Shown one piece after another: positions 27,087-35,527 of a stretch of DNA of 64,000 nt; the first letter of the stretch is position 1, and every line of letters starts with the position of its first letter. The position numbers and the translations under genes are program-made. Source of the DNA: a virus (Duplodnaviria > Caudoviricetes); the IMG/VR virus record IMGVR_UViG_3300024275_000002, positions 982-64,981 of that record, one strand, 5' to 3'. The notes below the pieces were generated by a model. It saw nothing but the letters and a program-made list of their open reading frames with translations. It was not told the DNA's origin and made no database searches.

Positions 27087-27159
27087 GGTCCTTCTCCTTC
27101 GCCTTCTGGCAAGTGGGCCGGACAAGCCGATACGAGCATCGGTCTGTCCGGCGAGTGAA

Positions 27160-27231
27160 TGTAACTAATCGCTTCGAAGTCCTTAGTTACATCAGCTTCT
27201 ATTATCGCCCCGGACACTGGGGTTATGTCAA
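27160..27231 (-). promoter_or_regulatory. Early sigma70-like promoter with downstream inverted operator pair
   Basis: Minus strand TTGACA (27231-27226)-N19-GATAAT (27206-27201); TGTAACTAA-N14-TTAGTTACA at 27160-27191. Confidence 0.65.
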
Positions 27232-27244
27232 ATGGTCCGGGTTG

Positions 27245-27625
27245 TCAAGGGGCGTGAGCGGCTGCCAGCAGAACCGGCACTTCGTCGGCCAGGGTGAAAT
27301 ACGTCCACGCCATGCCGGCGGCCTGAATGGCCGGGTGTTTATGGCCGTACCGGGCGTCGAAACCCGGCAGGAGGGTGCAGCCGCGAGCGTGCGGCGCGAG
27401 GGTGCTGCTGTCGTTCGCGGCCTTCCAGCCGGTCGCGGCCTGCGCGTCGAGTGCATCTTGCTGCGTGTTGAAGGTGATTTTGAACTGCGGGCCGAATTCC
27501 ACCGCGCGCACGTTGCCAATCACGAGGCAGCGCGAACGCGCTTCGGCGACGAGCTGATCGATCTCGTCGTCGGTGAGGTTCTTCGGGTTCGTCAAGCTGA
27601 AGCCATTACTCAGAGAGATGCGCAT
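27245..27625 (-). CDS. Hypothetical protein
   Basis: MRISLSNG; ORF track. Confidence 0.5.
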   Translation of the reverse strand: MRISLSNGFSLTNPKNLTDDEIDQLVAEARSRCLVIGNVRAVEFGPQFKITFNTQQDALDAQAATGWKAANDSSTLAPHARGCTLLPGFDARYGHKHPAIQAAGMAWTYFTLADEVPVLLAAAHAP

Positions 27626-27863
27626 GGATACCCCCACGGTGCACATCGATGCCTTTCTCAATGGACAACACCCCACCCTGCCGCGCGTCGCGCTGCATTC
27701 GCATCGTTCGTTTGGAATAGGTGGGGCTGTCCGCCGTGCTGCTGGTATTTATGACAGGTTCGTTGGCGAATCGCCTCCAATTTGTTGCAATTCGTAACAA
27801 CGAATAATCATTCTAGCCAGTCATCAAAACGTCGTACATAAGATTTTGCCTCGTGGTTTACGC

Positions 27864-28379
27864 TCACCGATACTTACCGAATATCGCTACCACATCCTCC
27901 CGATTGGTTCGATTGACCATCGTCAAACGTGCCACATTGCGTTTCACCCACCGGGCCGCATCTGCCCGTGACATATCGGTTTCACCAGTAGATTTTACGA
28001 GTCCCTTTGCGGCAGCACGGAATACCGTTTCGATCGCGACCGGCTGATTATTGCGAACGATTGGCATTTCCATCCAGTCCGTGACCAGCAGGATGCGCGT
28101 GCCGCTGCGCACCACACCGAACCCGGCGTCACCCGGCCGGGACGCTCGGCCGTTGCGGATAGTTACAGGGTACGTGTACGTCTCGATCGTTACTTTGGGT
28201 GCCGGGCACGCACGGCAATGCGTGATCTTCCCAGCCTGCAAGTAGTCTCCACGGGCCACGTAGGCTCTCCCGCACGAACAGGCACACTCCCAAAGGCCGT
28301 GACCATGTCCATCATTGCCTACAAACCGTGACACTCGCAGCTCGCCGAACGTGGCACCCGTCAGGTCGCGCTTACGCAT
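27864..28379 (-). CDS. Protein with homing-endonuclease-associated Zn-binding N-terminus
   Basis: DLTGATFGELRV...WECACSCG...G.ITHCRAC. Confidence 0.65.
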   Translation of the reverse strand: MRKRDLTGATFGELRVSRFVGNDGHGHGLWECACSCGRAYVARGDYLQAGKITHCRACPAPKVTIETYTYPVTIRNGRASRPGDAGFGVVRSGTRILLVTDWMEMPIVRNNQPVAIETVFRAAAKGLVKSTGETDMSRADAARWVKRNVARLTMVNRTNREDVVAIFGKYR

Positions 28380-28389
28380 AGTCACACTC

Positions 28390-29220
28390 TCTTAGTTACA
28401 CATTGCGGGGGATTTCGAGACTAGCACGAACGTCGATTTTGGCGAGGGGTTGCGGGCCAGCTTTCGTATCTGGTGCAACTATGGGTGCAAGTAAGGGTTT
28501 CCGAGCCTTGCTGGAGGCGGCTCTAATCAAATAAGCAGAAAAAGCTGGTTTTTCGAGAGGGGGGGTCCATTTGAGGGAAATGTCATTTTTTGGAGGCGAT
28601 GTTTGGCGGGCATAGTTACTGATCGTGAAACTAAGATGAGTAACTAACGATGCGGGATAGAAACGAAAGGGAATGGAACTAACCGCACATCGCCTCCATT
28701 CCGTGACGTTTTTGATTTTCGCGTAGGGTCTATTTTTTAACTGCTTTTTTGGTTTACTAGCTTATTGATTAACTATAAAAAGAAAGAAGCCTTGCTGGAT
28801 AAGGGTTTGCGGCCGGTGATGCAATAAGCTGGGACTAAGCTGAACTATCATTGCGTCGGCCGCTCAGCCATGCTGGATAAGGCTCGCCGCGAATAAGCTG
28901 GAATTAGTTACATGCAACTAAGCGGCGAAACGCGTAACTATCCACGTTAGTTACAGTCGCCCGGACAATCGCAGGTCGTATCGGCTTGTCCGCCCCTGTT
29001 AGTTACATTCAGCGCGGGCCAGTCCTTTCAGGCGTCTGACCCTAATTGCAGAACGCTTGGGCGCGGGCCGGCCTGTGCGGCGCTGATCGCGCTGCGAGCC
29101 CCTAGCAGCCCCGTGGTGGGCTTGGCGGGGCTCGCCCGTACCTGTGAGCCATGCGCGCGGCGCGGCGCCTGCTAGGGGCGAAAAAAAGCCCCGCACGCGG
29201 CGGGGCTGAAACGGGGCGGG
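28390..29220. other. AT-richer non-coding control or terminus region with repeats
   Basis: No credible ORF; multiple TTAGTTACA boxes; GCC(T/A)TGCTGGA(TAAGG) at 28505, 28789, 28867. Confidence 0.6.
29181..29207 (-). terminator. Rho-independent terminator
   Basis: Minus strand AGCCCCG-CCGCGTG-CGGGGCT-TTTTTT. Confidence 0.8.
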
Positions 29221-29226
29221 TTGTAA

Positions 29227-29883
29227 CTATGCGGCTTTGCGCGGCTGATGGACGGCGCGATATTGATTCGCGATGGTCGTGAGCGTCATGGCGGGGAGTT
29301 TGTCCGCATCGCCATTGTTCGCGAGCAGGATTTTCGCAATGTGATCCAGCGCCGCATCCACGCCGATCGTCGCGACAATCTGTTCAAAAGCCTGTTCGAT
29401 CGTCACGTCGCGCGACGGCGTTCCGGCCGGCCGCCCCAGCGGCTTCTCTGTCTTGTGCTCGCCTTTCTTCGCGTTCGGCCGCACCAAGCCCGCATCAATC
29501 AGGGTTTGGCGCTTCTCTGCCTTTGCTGCTGCGCGCCGTTCGGCCCGCTTGACGCTTTCCGGATCGGTCGAGCGCGGCAGGTCGCCAAACTTGGCTTTCA
29601 ACGCTTGCCCGTACACCTGAACGTAATATTCGGCGGACTTGCCGCGCTCGCCTGCCAGCACTTTCAACGCTTCCCGATCTGCGCTCGCCTCCGCGAACGT
29701 CGGAATCACGGAATACTGCGATTCGATCATGCTGCGTACCGCGTCGCGTGCGGTTGCCTGTGCATCGATTGCCGCACACAGGCTGCTGTGCCATTCGAGA
29801 ATCGTCACTTTCTTGTCGTCCACGATCACCACGCGCGAGCCCGGCACCGTAACGGGTGCATTGGTTTGATTACGCTTTGCCAT
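29227..29883 (-). CDS. Basic/helical hypothetical protein, first gene of the early strand
   Basis: RBS AAGG; MAKRNQT; KPLGRPAG. Confidence 0.6.
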   Translation of the reverse strand: MAKRNQTNAPVTVPGSRVVIVDDKKVTILEWHSSLCAAIDAQATARDAVRSMIESQYSVIPTFAEASADREALKVLAGERGKSAEYYVQVYGQALKAKFGDLPRSTDPESVKRAERRAAAKAEKRQTLIDAGLVRPNAKKGEHKTEKPLGRPAGTPSRDVTIEQAFEQIVATIGVDAALDHIAKILLANNGDADKLPAMTLTTIANQYRAVHQPRKAA

Positions 29884-30343
29884 GTCGTTCACCTTTTGAT
29901 CAGTTGTCCTAGCCGGTTGGTTAGGAGATCCCAGTATCGCGCGGTGCGGGCCGATTGCAGCCGCGCGGCAGAGCACGTAAAGCGGCTCAAAACGCCTGAA
30001 ATGCGCGGCAAGGCGCTGCACAGGGGCGCAAAGTAATTCTTTTTCTGGCCGGCCGGGGGCCAAGGGGGGCGAAAGGAGGGTGACGGGCATCCCGTCGACC
30101 CGTTTCCCATAGAGAATTTCAGCTCAAAAGGTCTTAGTTACACTCCCCGCAACTAACCGTCCGCCGGAAAAATTTCAGCCAGAAAAACCACTTAGTTACA
30201 TCCAGCCGCCCTGCCCCCTTGGCCAGCAGAAAAGTGGCCGCTCGTGGCCGCTCGTGGCCGGAGCTGGCCGTTCGCTTGACATCGCCCCGCGCTTCTGGCC
30301 GCTCCCGGAAACCCTCACCTTTCCCGTGCTGATCCGATTCGCC

Positions 30344-30372
30344 TTGCAGTTATCGTGCCGGACTGATATAAC
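30344..30372 (+). promoter_or_regulatory. sigma70-like promoter for packaging genes
   Basis: TTGCAG-N17-TATAAC. Confidence 0.55.
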
Positions 30373-30396
30373 GCGCGAAGATACTCAGGATTCCGA

Positions 30397-30828
30397 ATGA
30401 ATCTTCCCGCCACCGCCGAGCCGGTCATGCTCGCTCCGATCAAGCCAGACGACCCCGCAGCCCTCGGGTATCCCCCGATGCTGCCCGTCGAGTTGGCGAT
30501 GCGCACGGATACCGTCCAGAACATCTGCCGAGCCTATGGAATCGACAAGCCGACGCTTGCCCGGCTCCTCGCCCAGCCCGTGTTCGTGAAGGCGTATCAG
30601 GAAGCGATCGAGATGCTGAAGATCGAGGGCATGAGCTTCAAGCTCAAGGCCCGGATGCAGGCCGAGGCGTATCTGGCCACGGCGTTCACCATGGCGCAAA
30701 ACCCGGCCACCTCCGACGCGGTGCGGCAAAAGATCATCGCCGATACCGTGCGCTGGGCGGGCTACGACAAGAAGGCCGAGGAAGCCGGCCAGGGCAATTC
30801 GTTCGCAATCCAGATCAACCTCGGCTAA
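30397..30828 (+). CDS. terS: Terminase small subunit (putative)
   Basis: Upstream of terL; HTH-like N-terminus, ending IQINLG. Confidence 0.7.
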   Translation: MNLPATAEPVMLAPIKPDDPAALGYPPMLPVELAMRTDTVQNICRAYGIDKPTLARLLAQPVFVKAYQEAIEMLKIEGMSFKLKARMQAEAYLATAFTMAQNPATSDAVRQKIIADTVRWAGYDKKAEEAGQGNSFAIQINLG

Positions 30829-30839
30829 GGAGCCACCTC

Positions 30840-31118
30840 ATGACGACGATGCGTGCAAAACTTCAGGTCGGTTTCGTTCAGGAAAGCTTCGCGTACCGCG
30901 CCCACCCCGACGACCCGCAGGTCAAGCAAATGGAGACGCTGACGATGCACGCGGTCGCCAAGCACCAGCCGTACGGCGACGACGGGCTCGACGAGGACAA
31001 CACGTACGCCAAGTGGTCGCCGGGCGCGAACCTGTCGATCAACATCGCGAACCCCGCGCTGTGGGGCAAGTTCAACGTGGGCGACAAGTTCTACGTCGAC
31101 TTCACGCCGGCAGAGTGA
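30840..31118 (+). CDS. Conserved phage hypothetical protein
   Basis: MRAKLQV...KWSPGANL.I.I.NP...F..G..FYVDFTPA. Confidence 0.7.
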   Translation: MTTMRAKLQVGFVQESFAYRAHPDDPQVKQMETLTMHAVAKHQPYGDDGLDEDNTYAKWSPGANLSINIANPALWGKFNVGDKFYVDFTPAE

Positions 31119-31120
31119 CC

Positions 31121-31249
31121 ATGGCCGCGAACCTCATCATCGACCTGCTCGTCGCCTTCGTGATCGCGGCCGGCGGCTTCATGTTCGGCTGGTCGGTCGG
31201 GCGCTACGAACGCATCACGCGCGCGAGCACGCTGGGAGATGAGCCATGA
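31121..31249 (+). CDS. Small membrane protein
   Basis: One transmembrane segment. Confidence 0.45.
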   Translation: MAANLIIDLLVAFVIAAGGFMFGWSVGRYERITRASTLGDEP

Positions 31250-31479
31250 TGCGTGTGCTCGATCACGAAGGCGACACCGACGCCCGGATGGTGGCGATCC
31301 TGATGCGCAAGATCGGCGTCGAGAGCCTGATCGTGACGACGGGTGACGACCGCGCGATGGTCGCCGGGATCGCCGGCAAGCGGCTGGTGATGGCCACCTG
31401 TCCGGATGGCTCGGGCTCGGTCGAGCTGCAGCTGATCGACGAGGCGATCCTGCCGGCCGAGGGCGAGGTGTTCAATTGA
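31246..31479 (+). CDS. Hypothetical protein
   Basis: Coupled. Confidence 0.5.
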   Translation: MMRVLDHEGDTDARMVAILMRKIGVESLIVTTGDDRAMVAGIAGKRLVMATCPDGSGSVELQLIDEAILPAEGEVFN

Positions 31480-31649
31480 ACGACGCGCATTTCGTCCCCT
31501 GCCCGCAGCGCCCGCAAAACGACATGCGCCTGCCCGTCCCGCAGCCGAAGTGCCCGCAGTGCGGGATCAAGCTGCATGAGGCGTTGCGCTACGTCTGCAC
31601 GCGCGTGGGCTCCTGCCCCACCGGCCTCGCGGAGGCGAAACGTCGATGA
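31476..31649 (+). CDS. Small Cys-rich protein
   Basis: TTG start; CPQC...C...CP; overlaps terL start. Confidence 0.4.
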   Translation: MNDAHFVPCPQRPQNDMRLPVPQPKCPQCGIKLHEALRYVCTRVGSCPTGLAEAKRR

Positions 31650-33082
31650 CCGTCATCAGCTACACGCCCCCGCCAACCGTGCGCGACTTCATCAAGCACT
31701 ACGCGCCGGGGCAGCTGTTCCTCGACTGGATCGTGGGGCCGGTCGGCTCCGGCAAGACCACCGGCAACTTCTTCAAGCTGTGCTACATGGCGCAGCTCCA
31801 AGCGCCCTCGCCGATCGACGGCATTCGGCGCTCGAGGTGCGTCGTGGTGCGCTCGACCATGCCGCAGCTGCGCGACACGACGATCAAGAGCTTCGGTTAC
31901 TGGTTCAAGGACGGGCAGGCCGGCAAGTGGAAGGCGACCACCAGCGACTTCATCCTGCGCTACGGCGACGTCGAGTGCGAGGTGATGTTCCGCCCGCTCG
32001 ACACCCCCGATGACGTCGACCGCGTGCTGTCGCTCGAAGTGACGTTCGCGATCATCGACGAATTCGTGCAGATTCCGCAGGCGATCGTCGAAGCGCTGTC
32101 CGCGCGCTGCGGCCGTTATCCGCCCGAGATCGAGGGTGGCGCGACCAACTGGGGCATGTGGGGCTCGTCGAACCCGGGCATGGAGGCCGACTGGTGGTAT
32201 CCGATGCTGGAGGACCACGGCGCGCTGCCCGATGGCCAGCAGCCGCCGGAGAACTGGACGTACTTCAAGCAGCCGGGCGGCTTCTCCGACGACGCCGAGA
32301 ACATCGAGAACCTGCCGGGCAAGCAGGAGTATTACACCAACCTCGCGAAGGGCAAGACGCCGCACTGGATCAAGCAGTTCATCGAGGTCGAGTGGGGCTA
32401 TTCGATGTCGGGTAAGCCCGTGTTCCCGATGTTCAAGCGCGATTTCCACGTGGCCAAAAAGCCGCTCGTGCCGAACCGCGCGCGGCTGCTCGTCGCCGGC
32501 TACGATCCGGGCCTCACCGGCAGCGCCTGGGTGTTCGGGCAGTACGACGAGGCGTACGGCCGCGTGAAGATCTTCCGGGAAATCGTGCTGGAGGGGTATG
32601 CGACCGACCGGGCGATCGTCGACAAGGTGAAGCCGCTGCTGTTCACCACGTTCCGGGGCTTCGACTTTCTCGTGGTGCCGGACCCGGCGAGCGTGAACGA
32701 GTCGTCCAGCCGGCAGGGCTCGTCGGTCATCAAGGAACTGCGCCATCACTTCCGCGTCAATTACGACACCGACAACGCGATCGAGTCGCGGCTGCAGCCG
32801 GCGCAGTATTACATGATGCGGTTGACCCCGGACGGGCCGGCACTGGAGATCGACCCGAGCTGCGTGCACCTGATCCGCGCGCTCACGGGCGGATACAAGT
32901 ACACGGTGAGCAAGTCCGACATCCAGCGCGACATCCCGGACAAGAACAAGCACTCGCACGTGGCGGACGGCTTCACGTACCTGATGCGGTACTTCCGGCG
33001 CGGCGAGGAGCAGGCCGGCCGCCGGGCCGAGCCTCGCCAGATCCGTCCGAGGCGTGTGGGCAATTCATACGCGATGCGATAG
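31646..33082 (+). CDS. terL: Terminase large subunit
   Basis: GPVGSGKT Walker A, AIIDEF Walker B, GYDPG nuclease motif, SHVADG. Confidence 0.95.
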   Translation: MTVISYTPPPTVRDFIKHYAPGQLFLDWIVGPVGSGKTTGNFFKLCYMAQLQAPSPIDGIRRSRCVVVRSTMPQLRDTTIKSFGYWFKDGQAGKWKATTSDFILRYGDVECEVMFRPLDTPDDVDRVLSLEVTFAIIDEFVQIPQAIVEALSARCGRYPPEIEGGATNWGMWGSSNPGMEADWWYPMLEDHGALPDGQQPPENWTYFKQPGGFSDDAENIENLPGKQEYYTNLAKGKTPHWIKQFIEVEWGYSMSGKPVFPMFKRDFHVAKKPLVPNRARLLVAGYDPGLTGSAWVFGQYDEAYGRVKIFREIVLEGYATDRAIVDKVKPLLFTTFRGFDFLVVPDPASVNESSSRQGSSVIKELRHHFRVNYDTDNAIESRLQPAQYYMMRLTPDGPALEIDPSCVHLIRALTGGYKYTVSKSDIQRDIPDKNKHSHVADGFTYLMRYFRRGEEQAGRRAEPRQIRPRRVGNSYAMR

Positions 33083-33112
33083 ACTCATGCGCAAATTGCT
33101 TAGGACTCCGAC

Positions 33113-35422
33113 ATGAATCCGGTGAACGACAACGACGCAGACGATCTGCCGGTCCCGGGTTCGCCCGAGGCCCCCGCGCCGGGCGCGCCGAAGATCAACC
33201 CGGACGGCCTGAAGCGGCTGGGCGACCTGCTCTCCTCCAAGTTCAAGACGTACGAGTCCGACCGCCGGCTCGCGGAGCTGAAGTGGGAGCGCAACGCGCG
33301 CCAGTTCCTCGGCATCTACGACCCGGAAATCGAGAAGCAGATCGACCCGAACCGCAGCCGCGCGTATCCGAAGCTCACGCGCGTGAAGTGCGTGTCGATG
33401 ATCTCGCGCCTGATGAACCTGCTGTTTCCGACCGACGACAAGAACTGGACGGTCGCGGCGTCGGCCGTGCCGGACCTGGACGAGGACGACCTGCAGCAGG
33501 TGCTCGACGCCCTGATGCCGCCGCCCGCCCCCGGCGCGGACATGCAGGCACCGGGCATGCCGGCCCCGCCGACACCCCAAGCGCCGAGCGACGACGCGAT
33601 CGAGCAGGCGATCCGCGACTTCGCGGCCAAGCGCGCCGCGCGCCTCGGGCTGGAGATCGAGGACCAACTGCAGGAGCTGGGCGGCGCACGCTCGATCGAC
33701 TACGTGGCGCTCTGCCGGCAGGTGCTCGCCTCGGGCGTGAAGTACGGCTGCGGGCTGCTGAAGGGGCCGTTCGTCTCCGAGGAGGAGCGGCGCACGTGGC
33801 AGATGAGCCAGCAGGGGCGGCTCGTCGCGCAGACGTCGACGGTGTTCCGGCCGCGCTTCGAGTTCGTGTCGATTTGGGACTATTACCCGGACATGGCCGC
33901 CAAGCACCTGAAGCAGATGGACGGCCAGTTCGAGCGCATCGTGATGAGCCACCATCAGGTCAACTGCCTGAAAAAGCGCCCCGACTTCCTCGCCGATCAA
34001 GTCGACGCGTTCCTGAAGAACTGGCCGCAGGGCAACTATGTCCGGCGCGCGTTCGAGACCGAGCTGCGAGCGATGGGCGTGCAGGTCAACGTCACCCAGT
34101 CCGAGCGCGGCAAGTATGAGGCGATCGTGTGGGAAGGCTTCGTCAAGGGCACCGACCTCGCGAACTGCGGCGTCGACGTGCCCGAGGACAAGCTGCAGGA
34201 CGACCTGCGCGCCGAGATCTGGATCATGGGCAACTATGTGGTCAAGGCCGAACTCGACCCGTGGTACGAGCTGGACGCGGACCCCGACGAGGTGCCGCGC
34301 TACCACCACTTCATCTTCGAGGAAGATGAGAGCTTCATCCTCGGCAACGGTCTGCCGGCGGTGGTGCGCGACTCGCAGCTGGGCCTGTGCGCTGCGGTGC
34401 GCATGGCGCTCGACAACGGCGCGGTGACGCGCAACTTCGAGGTGAACACCGCGCTCCTGAGCATGAATCAGGACATGACCGCGATCGACCCCGACAAGAT
34501 GTGGTACCGCGAGGATGAGAACCCGGCCACCGCGCAGATCCCCGCGATCCGCGCGATCGAGCTGCCGATGCACATCGAGGAGATGATGGCGCTCGGCCGC
34601 ATGTTCCAGGAAAACGCCGACACCGAGACGTTCGTGAACGCAGCCACGGGTGGCGACATGCAGAAAGGCCCGAGCGAGCCGTTCCGCACGGCGGCCGGCG
34701 CGTCGATGCTGCGCGGTGACGCGGCGCTGCCGTTCAAGGACGTGGTGCGCAACTTCGACATCTTCACCGAGTCGGTGATTACGGCGCTGATCGCGTTCAA
34801 CCGCAACTTCAACCCGAACCCGGACATTCAGGGCGATTTTCAGGCGGTGGCGCGCGGCGCGACGAGCCTGATCGCGAAGGAAGTGCTCGGCCTGCAGCTG
34901 GACAACCTCGCGCAAACGCTGACGGACGAGGAAAAGCGCTACGTGAACTTCCGCAAGCTGGCCCGCGCGCGGGTGCGCGTGCGCGACCTGGACTCGGACG
35001 ACATCATTTACGACGACGCCACGTGCGACCAGATCGACCAGCAACAGCAGCAGCAACAGCAGCAGCTGCAGGATCTGCAGACGCAGCAGCTGCAGGCGCA
35101 GGTCCGGCAGGTGCTCGCGGGCGCGCTCAAGGATATCGCGCAGGCCGGCAAGAACGTGGCGGCGGCCGATGCGACCACCGCGAACGTGATTCTCAGCGCG
35201 CTGGAGAAAGGGCTGGAGCCGGACCAGCTCGATCCGAAACTCATGACGGGAGCAGGAAATGGCGGGAGTACCGGAAGCGCTGGAGGCGCGGCAGCGGGAA
35301 GCGGGGTTGGTCAACCAGCTCAAGAGCTGCCGGGAGGAGCCGCTGATGCAGTCCCTCCGGCAGCTCTTGCAGCTGCGGCTCTCCCGACAGGATCTCCTGC
35401 TGCGGCGATGCCAGCAGCCTGA
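33113..35422 (+). CDS. Portal protein
   Basis: 769 aa after terL; YPKLTRVKC..., poly-Gln stretch near the C-terminus. Confidence 0.85.
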   Translation: MNPVNDNDADDLPVPGSPEAPAPGAPKINPDGLKRLGDLLSSKFKTYESDRRLAELKWERNARQFLGIYDPEIEKQIDPNRSRAYPKLTRVKCVSMISRLMNLLFPTDDKNWTVAASAVPDLDEDDLQQVLDALMPPPAPGADMQAPGMPAPPTPQAPSDDAIEQAIRDFAAKRAARLGLEIEDQLQELGGARSIDYVALCRQVLASGVKYGCGLLKGPFVSEEERRTWQMSQQGRLVAQTSTVFRPRFEFVSIWDYYPDMAAKHLKQMDGQFERIVMSHHQVNCLKKRPDFLADQVDAFLKNWPQGNYVRRAFETELRAMGVQVNVTQSERGKYEAIVWEGFVKGTDLANCGVDVPEDKLQDDLRAEIWIMGNYVVKAELDPWYELDADPDEVPRYHHFIFEEDESFILGNGLPAVVRDSQLGLCAAVRMALDNGAVTRNFEVNTALLSMNQDMTAIDPDKMWYREDENPATAQIPAIRAIELPMHIEEMMALGRMFQENADTETFVNAATGGDMQKGPSEPFRTAAGASMLRGDAALPFKDVVRNFDIFTESVITALIAFNRNFNPNPDIQGDFQAVARGATSLIAKEVLGLQLDNLAQTLTDEEKRYVNFRKLARARVRVRDLDSDDIIYDDATCDQIDQQQQQQQQQLQDLQTQQLQAQVRQVLAGALKDIAQAGKNVAAADATTANVILSALEKGLEPDQLDPKLMTGAGNGGSTGSAGGAAAGSGVGQPAQELPGGAADAVPPAALAAAALPTGSPAAAMPAA

Positions 35423-35486
35423 GTTCGCGGCAGCGCAGGCGAAGGCGCAGGTGCTGGAGCAGATGCTAAGCGAGCTTTTTAGTTAG
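35259..35486 (+). CDS. Small helical protein overlapping the portal 3' end
   Basis: RBS-like GGAGCAGGA before ATG; fills the gap to the scaffold promoter. Confidence 0.55.
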   Translation: MAGVPEALEARQREAGLVNQLKSCREEPLMQSLRQLLQLRLSRQDLLLRRCQQPEFAAAQAKAQVLEQMLSELFS

Positions 35487-35492
35487 TAATCC

Positions 35493-35521
35493 TTGACATT
35501 CATAACGACTACGGATAGAAA
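35493..35521 (+). promoter_or_regulatory. sigma70-like promoter for head genes
   Basis: TTGACA-N17-TAGAAA. Confidence 0.7.
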
Positions 35522-35527
35522 GCGACC

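Larger units (their letters stand above)
19450..27151 (-). repeat. Dispersed intergenic repeat family: ACTT-N4-GAAGG leader (10 copies), six with an adjacent GGACAAACCGA...GCATCGGTTTGTCC-type hairpin
   Basis: Leader copies (+ coordinates) at 19450, 20138, 21859, 22530, 22789, 24022, 24599, 25594, 26787, 27102; hairpins at 21874-21906, 22805-22833, 24645-24678, 25608-25638, 26802-26836, 27118-27151. Confidence 0.85.

Noticed and set aside
21874-27151. Hairpin repeats as a CRISPR array
   Set aside because: Copies are degenerate and separated by whole genes (hundreds of bp), not by constant-length spacers; no cas operon
21874-27151. Hairpins as true integron attC sites
   Set aside because: No RYYYAAC/GTTRRRY boxes and no integron integrase in the window; kept only as an analogy
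35039-35100. CAG-rich microsatellite
   Set aside because: Simply encodes the Gln-rich helical tail of the portal; mixed CAG/CAA codons
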